A DNA stretch of 64,000 nt from assembly GCA_947062475.1 (NCBI GenBank), contig CAMSQA010000007.1, positions 531 through 64,530 on the forward strand, given 5' to 3'. The position numbers and the translations under genes are program-made. Each line of letters starts with the position of its first letter. Within the stretch, counting starts at the first letter, position 1. Below are positions 18,356-26,900 of this stretch, in pieces. The stretch is from an uncultured Clostridia bacterium. Its GTDB lineage: Bacteria; Bacillota; Clostridia; Christensenellales; UBA1242. Under the pieces are notes generated by a model, which did no database searches, was not told the origin of the DNA, and saw only the letters and a list, made by a program, of their open reading frames with translations.

Positions 18356-20368
18356 TTAATTATTAATTTCATTCTTTTTTGCAAGTTCATCAAGCTGAGA
18401 TTGATGCCTTTTGAAAAAGTCCTCTCTTTCTTTGATGAAAATAAGTTTTCTTTCTCTTTTGTCGTCAAGCAGATCGTAGAACTTTCCAAAAATATTTTCC
18501 CAGCTGAAACATTTATCTTTGTCAAAGCCAATATAATCAGCAACTTTTTCTGTCCCTTTTGTCATCGGGTGGAGAAGAAGATTTGCCACAAAAATATATT
18601 GCAAGGTGTTTGCGGTCAGTTTTGCATATCCGTCTTTATCAAGATTATTTTTGATTTCTTTCACCCAATATTTGTTGATATTTCTGACAAATACATCAAC
18701 AGTATTGTATGTTTGGTGGAATTTTCTTTCATACATAAATCTTTCATAATTAAGGATTGCCTTACTGCATTCTTCCATGACGCTTTCATCAATTTCTGCA
18801 ACAGGAATAATTCCGTCAAACATGCTTTGTGTTGAATAGAAAACAGTTCTGAGTATGCGATTATAAACATTTGTGAGCAAGTTGCCTTCAACGGTGACTT
18901 GGTCGATATCATCTTCTTTTGCATTTGGATTGAAAGGTTTAGGGTTGAAAGAAACTGTGTTGTTTCCAAGATTCATTGCAAGGAAATGAAGCCTAAATTG
19001 GTCTGGCGTATAATAGTTTAAAAGTTCTTTTGCAAGAGGAGGCTTTATTTGACCTGATGATGAGGCAACACTGTTCATATAAAGTAAAAATTTGATTGGC
19101 ACGAGTGTTGTTGTTTGTAAATTTCCATCTTGTGCAGGAAATTGTGGATTTTTACCTTGCATATAAAGCCAAATTGCTTGCTGTGCTGGACCGTAGAAAT
19201 AGATATTATCTTCGCCCATAAACTGAAATACTTTTGCATTTTGATTGCACCAATATTTTTTCCATTCATCTTCATCGCATCCTATGCTTTCAAGATATGT
19301 TTTGGTGAAAGAAATTGGTGCCCAAAGGCTTTCAGGCCATACATAAAAAGTTTGATTTTTCACACCTTTAATTTCAGGGCAAGGCACGCCCCAAGAAATA
19401 TCACCAGACAGTCTGAAAGGTGTGAGCGTTTTTCCTGTCCTATAATGTATCCCATTTTCGGCAAGCTTTTCGCAAGCATTCTCTCTGTCTGAAAGATTGT
19501 CAAATACAATTGTCATGCTTGGATTATTTGGTTTTCTTTCAAGCTCTTCAAAAGAAGGAAGATAAGAACGAACTTCGTTGAATTTTTCAAAGTAGTCTTT
19601 TTTAATAAAGATTTCAGGTTTCTTGAAAAACTCACGAATGTCTTTGACAAGGAAGGAAGGAGTTGAGCTGTCTTTGGAAATGTTGTCAATCCATTCTTCC
19701 AAAATGCTTCCACATTTTTCAAGATTGAAATATAGATTTTCAATTTTGACAAGTTTTGGTCTCTTTCCACTTAATGTGCTGACAGGGTCAATGAGATCCT
19801 GTGGAAGATATTGATGACCAAGATCACATTCGTCAGCATATCCCTTTTCACTTCGGCATCCATCAATAGGACATTTGCCGATGACCTGCCTGCCATTTAA
19901 AAGACAGTCATGCTCTTCGTCAAAAAATTGCCAAGAAGAGTGAGTTGAAATCATGCCATTTTTATCAAGTTGTTCAATAAAGTCCTTGCTGACTTGATTG
20001 TGAATTTCACTTGCTCTGCCGATTGCTGATGCACCAAAAAGGTTGAAGTTGACACCAAAGTCATTAAAAGTTTTTTTGTGACTGAGATGATTTCTTTCAA
20101 CAAAGTCCTTTACAGATTTGTCATTTATTTCACCTGACGTCGATTTAGCTCTGAAATATTCAAGAGCAGGTGAGCCATAACAATCTGTTCCTGAAACGAA
20201 AACTACATTTTCTTTACCTATGCGGTCTCGCATAAATTGAGCAAAAGTGTCCGCTCTAAGTGCAAGTCCAACATGTGCAAAATGCAATTCTTTGTTGCCA
20301 TAAGGCATGCCACAAGTGATGACTGCTTTTTTGGGAAAGGTTGGTCTTGGTCTTACAAATTTTTCCAT
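18356..20368 (-). CDS. class I aminoacyl-tRNA ligase family protein, MetRS-like, with divergent signature motifs
   Basis: MetRS-like layout: PYGNKELHFAHVG (HIGH position), SGTDCYG, zinc knuckle GKCPIDGCRSEKGYADECDLGHQY, PKLVKIENLYFNL. The KMSKS position reads YMNSVASSSGQ. 670 aa. Confidence 0.7.
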   Translation of the reverse strand: MEKFVRPRPTFPKKAVITCGMPYGNKELHFAHVGLALRADTFAQFMRDRIGKENVVFVSGTDCYGSPALEYFRAKSTSGEINDKSVKDFVERNHLSHKKTFNDFGVNFNLFGASAIGRASEIHNQVSKDFIEQLDKNGMISTHSSWQFFDEEHDCLLNGRQVIGKCPIDGCRSEKGYADECDLGHQYLPQDLIDPVSTLSGKRPKLVKIENLYFNLEKCGSILEEWIDNISKDSSTPSFLVKDIREFFKKPEIFIKKDYFEKFNEVRSYLPSFEELERKPNNPSMTIVFDNLSDRENACEKLAENGIHYRTGKTLTPFRLSGDISWGVPCPEIKGVKNQTFYVWPESLWAPISFTKTYLESIGCDEDEWKKYWCNQNAKVFQFMGEDNIYFYGPAQQAIWLYMQGKNPQFPAQDGNLQTTTLVPIKFLLYMNSVASSSGQIKPPLAKELLNYYTPDQFRLHFLAMNLGNNTVSFNPKPFNPNAKEDDIDQVTVEGNLLTNVYNRILRTVFYSTQSMFDGIIPVAEIDESVMEECSKAILNYERFMYERKFHQTYNTVDVFVRNINKYWVKEIKNNLDKDGYAKLTANTLQYIFVANLLLHPMTKGTEKVADYIGFDKDKCFSWENIFGKFYDLLDDKRERKLIFIKEREDFFKRHQSQLDELAKKNEINN

Positions 20369-20396
20369 TTATTCCTCCGTAAAAATACTGTTTTTA

Positions 20397-20990
20397 TTAA
20401 TTATTTGCCTTTTTCAAAAAAGACAACTTGTTTTTGATGCGCGTAAGTGCATTATCAATGCTTTTTTTGTTGATGTTTGCCATTTGAGAAATTTCATTAT
20501 AATTATAGCCTTCAAGGTAAAGATTTAAAATTTTCTTTTCAAGCGAAGAAAGTTTTTCTTGAACATGAAATAAAATTTCTTCAAGTTTTTCTTTTTCAAC
20601 AATTCTATCTTCAATTGAACTGAAATCAGTAAAAGTTTCAAATCCAAGTTTTTCTTCTTCATCAAATGACGGATCCTCAGCAATTGATAATGCTGAAGAT
20701 AAAACACGGTTTTTTTCAGAAGAAGCAACCTTGATTGCATTTTGAATTTGATTTTTTATGCAAATGCTTGCGAATGTTTTAAAAGAAGCATTCTTTTGTG
20801 GAGAAAAGTGGGTTATCGCTTTATATAAACCAATCATCCCTTCTTGAACAATATCCTCTATATCTCCGCCCATGAGGAAATAACTTCGAGAAATTTTATT
20901 GACCAAATTTTTATATTTATTTAAAAGGGTGTTGATTGCATCTTCATCAAATGCTTGAGCCTTTATTGCAAGTTTTTCATCTTCATTCAT
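20397..20990 (-). CDS. sigH: sigma-70 family sigma factor, SigH-like
   Basis: Region 2 (SYFLMGGDIEDIVQEGMIGLYKAITHF) and region 4 HTH (YNEISQMANINKKSIDNALTRIK). It follows rlmB as in the Bacillus mrnC-rlmB-(yacP)-sigH cluster. Confidence 0.8.
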   Translation of the reverse strand: MNEDEKLAIKAQAFDEDAINTLLNKYKNLVNKISRSYFLMGGDIEDIVQEGMIGLYKAITHFSPQKNASFKTFASICIKNQIQNAIKVASSEKNRVLSSALSIAEDPSFDEEEKLGFETFTDFSSIEDRIVEKEKLEEILFHVQEKLSSLEKKILNLYLEGYNYNEISQMANINKKSIDNALTRIKNKLSFLKKANN

Positions 20991-21709
20991 TGCAACCTCT
21001 GTCTTAATGCTTCAAACAAAACAACAGCACAAGCCACGCTGGCATTAAGTGAATTGACCTTGCCCATGAGTGGGAGGGTGATAATTTCATCGCACGCTTG
21101 CAAAACAGTTTTGTGAATACCTTTTCCTTCAGAGCCGATCACGATTGCAAGAGGAAGTGCTAAATTTTGTTTGTAAATATTGTTACCCCCAATTTCAGCT
21201 CCAAAGACCCATATGTCATTCTCTTTCAATATCTCGATTGCACGTTTGATGTTGACTACTTTAGCAATTGGTATTTCACTGATAGCTCCTGTGCTTGTGC
21301 GGACTACAGTTTCATTTATCTGACAAGCGCGGTCTTGAGGAATAATAATTCCATGTACGCCTGCACATTCACATGTCCGAATAATTGCACCCAGATTGTG
21401 TGGGTCTTCAATTCCGTCAAGAATGACAATAAAAGGCATCTGATTGCTGCTTTTTGCTTTTTGAATAATCTCTTCGACAGAAGAATATTTAAAGTCAACC
21501 GTCTGGGCAATATAGCCTTGATGATGCTCTGTCTTTGATTTTTTATCAAGCAGGTTTTTAGGTAAAAATTCAAGTTTGATTTTATTTTCTTTTGCAAGTG
21601 ATATTATTTCATCCTTTCTTGTCAAAAAGTTTTTATCAACATAAATTTTAGTGATTGTTGTGCCGCCATAAAGAGCCTGTCTTATCGCATTTTTACCTTC
21701 TATTTGCAT
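20987..21709 (-). CDS. rlmB: 23S rRNA 2'-O-methyltransferase (TrmH/SpoU family, RlmB-like)
   Basis: SpoU motifs (LDGIEDPHNLGAIIRT, VIGSEGKGI, SLNASVACAV). ATG 21709 has GGAG 6 nt upstream. The longer track start sits inside a TGCTAAAAT -10 element. 4-nt overlap with sigH. Confidence 0.85.
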   Translation of the reverse strand: MQIEGKNAIRQALYGGTTITKIYVDKNFLTRKDEIISLAKENKIKLEFLPKNLLDKKSKTEHHQGYIAQTVDFKYSSVEEIIQKAKSSNQMPFIVILDGIEDPHNLGAIIRTCECAGVHGIIIPQDRACQINETVVRTSTGAISEIPIAKVVNIKRAIEILKENDIWVFGAEIGGNNIYKQNLALPLAIVIGSEGKGIHKTVLQACDEIITLPLMGKVNSLNASVACAVVLFEALRQRLQ

Positions 21710-21842
21710 AAATTTCTCCAATTTTAATTTTAGCATAACTTAAATAAAATATCAACTTTTTTTTAATCTATATTGACAAATTTAAAATGTATGATATAAT
21801 TTAAGTATAAAGAGTTTTAATTTTGGGAGGTAATGAGGTAAT

Positions 21843-22178
21843 ATGAAAAATAGCAAAAATGGTATTATAAAGAAAATTATTCCAACTGTTATGGCTGGCG
21901 TAGCGGTTGTTGTGACTGCTTTTAGTATGACTGGATGTTCTTATAGAGCAAAAGGTGTAACAAAATTTGTATTTGTCGATAACGAATATATAATATACAA
22001 TGGTGTGCTTCATAAAGGAGATGTTATGTCTGAAGAAGCATTTTGGGGTGATACTACCGCACCAACTCCAAAAATAAAATGTGACTGTGGTCTTGAAAGA
22101 GGAACTAGCATGTATGTAAGTTCAAAAGAAAAACCACATGAAGATGAATATGACTCAATCTGTGATGTTTGCTTTTAA
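21843..22178 (+). CDS. small putative lipoprotein with CxC...CxxC motif
   Basis: Signal peptide ending in the lipobox-like AFSMTGC. The C-terminal half contains CDCG and CDVCF. 111 aa. Confidence 0.55.
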   Translation: MKNSKNGIIKKIIPTVMAGVAVVVTAFSMTGCSYRAKGVTKFVFVDNEYIIYNGVLHKGDVMSEEAFWGDTTAPTPKIKCDCGLERGTSMYVSSKEKPHEDEYDSICDVCF

Positions 22179-22179
22179 T

Positions 22180-22210
22180 AAAAAAACACCGAAACTTCGG
22201 TGTTTTTTTT
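22180..22210. terminator. bidirectional terminator
   Basis: AAAAAAACACCGAA-AC-TTCGGTGTTTTTTTT lies between convergent genes. Confidence 0.75.
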
Positions 22211-22224
22211 AACTTTCATGGTGT

Positions 22225-22629
22225 TTAATTTAAATTTTCATGACAATTATTGACTGATAAATTTAGGATTTTTTCAAGTCTGCCTCTGTCACCAATTATA
22301 TATAAATATCCTATTAAAGCTTCAAAGGCGGTTGCATAAGAATAATCAGCTGTGTTTGAATTTTTTGCATGATGTTTCGGCTTTGCATTTCTCGCACGCC
22401 TGACGATGTTTGCTTCCTCTTCACTTAAAAGGGGGAGGATGCTTTTAAGAGCTTTTGCTTGGGCAGATGCCTTACAAAATGAAGAAGCTTTGAGGTGATA
22501 ATTTTCAAGTTTTAAATTGCTTTCACTAAGGCAAAAGTTTCTTACAAATAGTGTATGAACGCTGTCACCAATAAATGCTAGAGGAAGAAGGTTGGTATTT
22601 AATAATTCATTAATTTTCTCTTTTTTCAT
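22225..22629 (-). CDS. mrnC: Mini-ribonuclease 3
   Basis: LPLAFIGDSVHTLFVRNF and YATAFEALIGYLY motifs. 134 aa. Syntenic with rlmB and sigH. Confidence 0.85.
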   Translation of the reverse strand: MKKEKINELLNTNLLPLAFIGDSVHTLFVRNFCLSESNLKLENYHLKASSFCKASAQAKALKSILPLLSEEEANIVRRARNAKPKHHAKNSNTADYSYATAFEALIGYLYIIGDRGRLEKILNLSVNNCHENLN

Positions 22630-22684
22630 GATTTTTCCTTATTTTTAATCAATTTTAATGTCAATTATCATATATTATTAATTT

Positions 22685-23779
22685 TTAAACATTAAATCTA
22701 AATAATATCACATCGCCATCTTGGACGATATATTCTTTGCCTTCTATTCTCACTTTACCTTTTTCTTTGGCCTTTATATAGCTTCCTGAATCTATTAAAT
22801 CAGTGTAAGAAACAATCTCTGCTTTTATAAATCCCTTTTCAAAATCGGTGTGAATTTTGCCTGCTGCTGCTGGTGCTTTCGTGCCTTTTTTTATTGTCCA
22901 TGCTCTCACTTCTTTTTCACCTGCAGTGAGAAAACTCATAAGTCCCAAAATGTCATAACTTGCTTTGACAAGCTTTTCAAGTCCGCTTTCTTTAATGCCA
23001 AGTTCTTCCTTAAACATTGCCTTTTCATCTTTATCGAGTCCTGCAAGTTCTTCTTCTATTTTTGCTGAAAGACTGATGACCTTTGCTCCTTCCTTGCTTG
23101 CAAAATCCCTTACTTTCAAGACAAACTCATTTTCAGGTTTGTTTAAATCATTTTCGCCAATGTTTGCCACATATATTACAGGCTTTGCTGAAAGAAGCTG
23201 AAGATTTTTCAAAAGTTTTTCTTCCTCTTCGCCATCAATTTCAACAGAGCGTGCAGGAAGGTTGTTTTCAAGTGCGTCTTTGATTTTTTGCATTAGAGCA
23301 ACGCCTGCAATCAAACTTTTGTCACCAGTTTTGACAAGCTTAGCATCTTTTTCAAGTTTTTTTGAAACTTGCTCTAAGTCTGATAGTGCAAGTTCAAGAT
23401 TGATTATTTCAATGTCGCGAATTGGGTCAATAGATCCATTTACATGAATGATTTTGTCATTTTCAAAACATCTGACAACATGCACAATTGCATCGACTTC
23501 ACGTATGTGGCTTAAAAATTTATTGCCAAGCCCTTCGCCTTTGCTTGCACCAGCAACAAGACCTGCGATGTCAACAAATTCTATTGATGCTGGCGTAATT
23601 TTTTGTGTTGAGTAAAATTTGCCCAAAACATCAAGCCTTTCATCAGGGACATCAACCACACCAACATTAGGTTCGATTGTGCAGAAAGGATAATTCGCAC
23701 TTTCAGCTCCAGCATTTGTGATAGCGTTAAATAAAGTGCTTTTGCCTACATTTGGCAATCCAACAACTCCTATTTTCAT
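22685..23779 (-). CDS. ychF: redox-regulated ATPase YchF
   Basis: G1 [24 protein letters not shown], and a C-terminal TGS-like domain ([15 protein letters not shown]). 364 aa. Confidence 0.95.
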   Translation of the reverse strand: MKIGVVGLPNVGKSTLFNAITNAGAESANYPFCTIEPNVGVVDVPDERLDVLGKFYSTQKITPASIEFVDIAGLVAGASKGEGLGNKFLSHIREVDAIVHVVRCFENDKIIHVNGSIDPIRDIEIINLELALSDLEQVSKKLEKDAKLVKTGDKSLIAGVALMQKIKDALENNLPARSVEIDGEEEEKLLKNLQLLSAKPVIYVANIGENDLNKPENEFVLKVRDFASKEGAKVISLSAKIEEELAGLDKDEKAMFKEELGIKESGLEKLVKASYDILGLMSFLTAGEKEVRAWTIKKGTKAPAAAGKIHTDFEKGFIKAEIVSYTDLIDSGSYIKAKEKGKVRIEGKEYIVQDGDVILFRFNV

Positions 23780-23855
23780 AAGTTTTCCTTTTAAAATTAT
23801 AGATTTTTTTATAAAGATTTATACCTTTAAAGATGATTAAATAATAGGTATATTC

Positions 23856-23899
23856 GCTTTAAAAAGTTTAACTCGAATTTGAGTTAAACTTTTTAAAGC
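23856..23899. repeat. perfect 19-bp inverted repeat (AT-rich hairpin) downstream of the 1,668-aa gene
   Basis: GCTTTAAAAAGTTTAACTC-GAATTT-GAGTTAAACTTTTTAAAGC. Confidence 0.8.
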
Positions 23900-23989
23900 A
23901 TTATTTGTAAAATAATAATCAAGAATATTTAAAAGATATTTATTTAAATTATTATAAAGCAAGTTTGAAATGAAATATTAGGTTAATAT

Positions 23990-26900
23990 TTACAGTTCCT
24001 TTTCGTCAAGTTCAGGTTGATTATTTTCCTTTTCAGTTACATTACTTTTATCTTTCTCTTTATCTTTTACAATTCCAGTATACTGTTCATGCTCATTCTT
24101 AATACTATTTGATTTAAGCCAGTCTTTTTCATTATTATTCGATTTATTTTTAGCTTTATTAAACAAATTTGCAAGCTTTTTAAACATGCTGTTTCGCTCT
24201 TTTGGCTTATGTTCTTCAAAAGGTGTCTTTTTCTTGCTTTCAAGAGCCTTTTTGTGTGCTTTTGACAAATCTTCCTTTTGTTCTTGTTGTCTATTTTGAA
24301 TGTTTTGATTTATCTTACGAAGCATATCTCTTTTTTTCTTATTTTTTGAATCAGCAAGGTCTTTTGCAGAAATTTTTAGACGTTTTAATAAAATAGGATC
24401 TGTTTCTTCAAATAGTATTCCTTCATCTTCACATAATTTAAGAAGGGGAAGAACATTTGTTTTGCCGTCAACTTCAATAGACACATTTTGTTGTTCAAAG
24501 AATTTTGTATTGCCTTTTGCAAACGCTTCAATGGCATTATCGATTACATTTTCTGACACACCTTTTTCTGCAAGAGAGTTGAAGAAAGAAATTTTCTTTT
24601 GATATACTTCAACATCTTTATTAAATTCATCTAATTGGTTTAATTGATCAAGTAGTTGTTTATCAGAGTCACTTAAAATGTCTTTTTTAATTTCAATATT
24701 TGAGATTTCATTTTGTTTGTCTGTCAAAGATGCCTCAATTTGTTTGTCAATTGCACCATTTTTATCCAATTTATTAATTGTTTGTTTGATGCCTTTTTTG
24801 TCGTCACTGTTTAATAAACTTTCAAGCTTTTTCAAATTAAGACCAAGTGTTGACGCCAAATCATTGATAATATTAGCCTGCTTGATTGATTTTTTAGAAG
24901 ATTTTGTTTTCTTTACTTTTGACTGAGCAATTAAAGCTTTTAAGTTTTGATAGTTTTCTTGTTTTAAAGCCATTTCCCAAGCTAGCTTAAAGTCATCCGC
25001 AATTTCTTGATATTCTTTAAAGTCCTTTCTCTTAAGCCAAAGTTCTTTTTGTGTATCAATTGAATTATCAATATTTGAAATTTCTTTAAGAGCAGTTTTA
25101 AATTGTTTTTTGTTTATTCCAAACTCTTTTGCAATTTTTTGTGGTGTGATTTTAGGATTGTTTAGAATAAGATTTTCAAGCTCATCTTCTTTCTTTTTGG
25201 ATAAATCTAAAATCATATCATAAACATTGTCATATTTGCTTTCAACTTGTTTGTTTTTGTTATGTTTAGATTTTTGTCTTTTAAGTTCTTTTGTTACAGC
25301 TTTTTTTCCAAGAATGGTGTCATAACAATGACTTTCAATTTGTGAATGGTGATTGTATTTTTCTATTTGATTATTTATAAACTTTTCAACCTTTTTGATG
25401 TCATATCCCGCATCGGTTATGCCTGATTTATAAATGTCATCAAATGTAATAGAACCATATTTATTTGTGATTTTTTTATTTTTAAGCGATTGTGAAATAA
25501 CTTTTGAAATATCTTCATTATTAAGTAAAGATTTTATTTTTTCTATCATTTCTTGTCTTTCACTGTTTTGTCCATCTTCATGCTCTGTTGAAAGATTAAG
25601 ATCATCAATAAGGTTGATCGTATTATGATAGCCTTTTATAGATTGTCTTGCCAGATCTGCTTGTTCTTGCAACGAATTGATAGAAAGATCATTTTTATCA
25701 ACATCGATATTCAATTTATCTTTAGAATAATTGCAGCAAGCATCAACTAAGGCTTTTTCAAAGCAAAAATCAAAGAAATTTCCATTCAACACATTTTCAA
25801 GAAGGGTGGTTGTTGATTTATAATTTTCTTGTCTTATTTTTGATTGTTCAACTTGTTGCGAGCTTGCAATAGTTGATGAAGGTAAATTATCTATTTCAAC
25901 TGCTTTATCCGCAAGTAAAATTGTTCTTGCAATATTTTTAAGAGTTTTTTCAGAAATTCTTTCATCAATATTGAAATTCGTTTGCAATTCCATCATTTTA
26001 TTTTTGACAGTTTCGCTATCAAGTTTGAAAGAATCAAGTTTTGATGAAAAAGTGTTTGCAATATCTTGAATAATCTTTGTGCATAAAACTTCAGTTTTCG
26101 CATCGATGTTTGCATAAATTTTGTTATGGATTTGTTGGTATGCGTCAGAAAGTTCTTCAGCTTTTTCTGACATTGAATTATTTTTCTGATTATAGAATAA
26201 TGAGATTAAATCTTCAATAGTCCCTTGTTTTAAATTTAAAGCTTTGCCTTTAAGTTCTGGCATGATAAGTCCAGAAGGTACTTTGCTGTCAAGAGGGGCA
26301 TTGATGACATCACCAAAATCATTGAATATCTGATTGATGAGGTTTTGACAATCTTCAGTGTAAGATTTGTCAAATAATTCGTTTAAAACATAATTTTGTG
26401 ATGCATTATTTATATCAATGTTTAAATTGTCCTTATTAATTTTATCGATTATAGAATAAATCGTCTTGTTTAATATAAGACTTTTTACAGAATTTGATGC
26501 CTGATTATAGGTTGTAAACTTTGTATGCTGTGTGTCTTGAAGTAAATCATTCATTGCTTTTGCATATTTAGATGCCTGTTGCAAGTTTGCAATACTTTCG
26601 CGATTTTCTTTTGCAATATTTTCAATTTTCTCAAAAGCAGAATTGATGTTTTCATTTGCATTTATAAGTTTATCAAAAATATCTGCCTTTTCTTCATTTG
26701 GGACATCCTTAAATATGAGGTCGAGTTTGGTTTCATTCATATTTTTATCAGTTGAAAGTCTTCTTACAAAAGAGTGTTCATAGCGTTTAAAAATATTTTC
26801 ACGAATAGTTGAATTTACTTTTTGAGAATTCATTATCTTAGAAAGTTGGCGATCAGAAGAAACAGCAATTCTTTCTTCTTGTTTATTTGTCAATGCTTTA

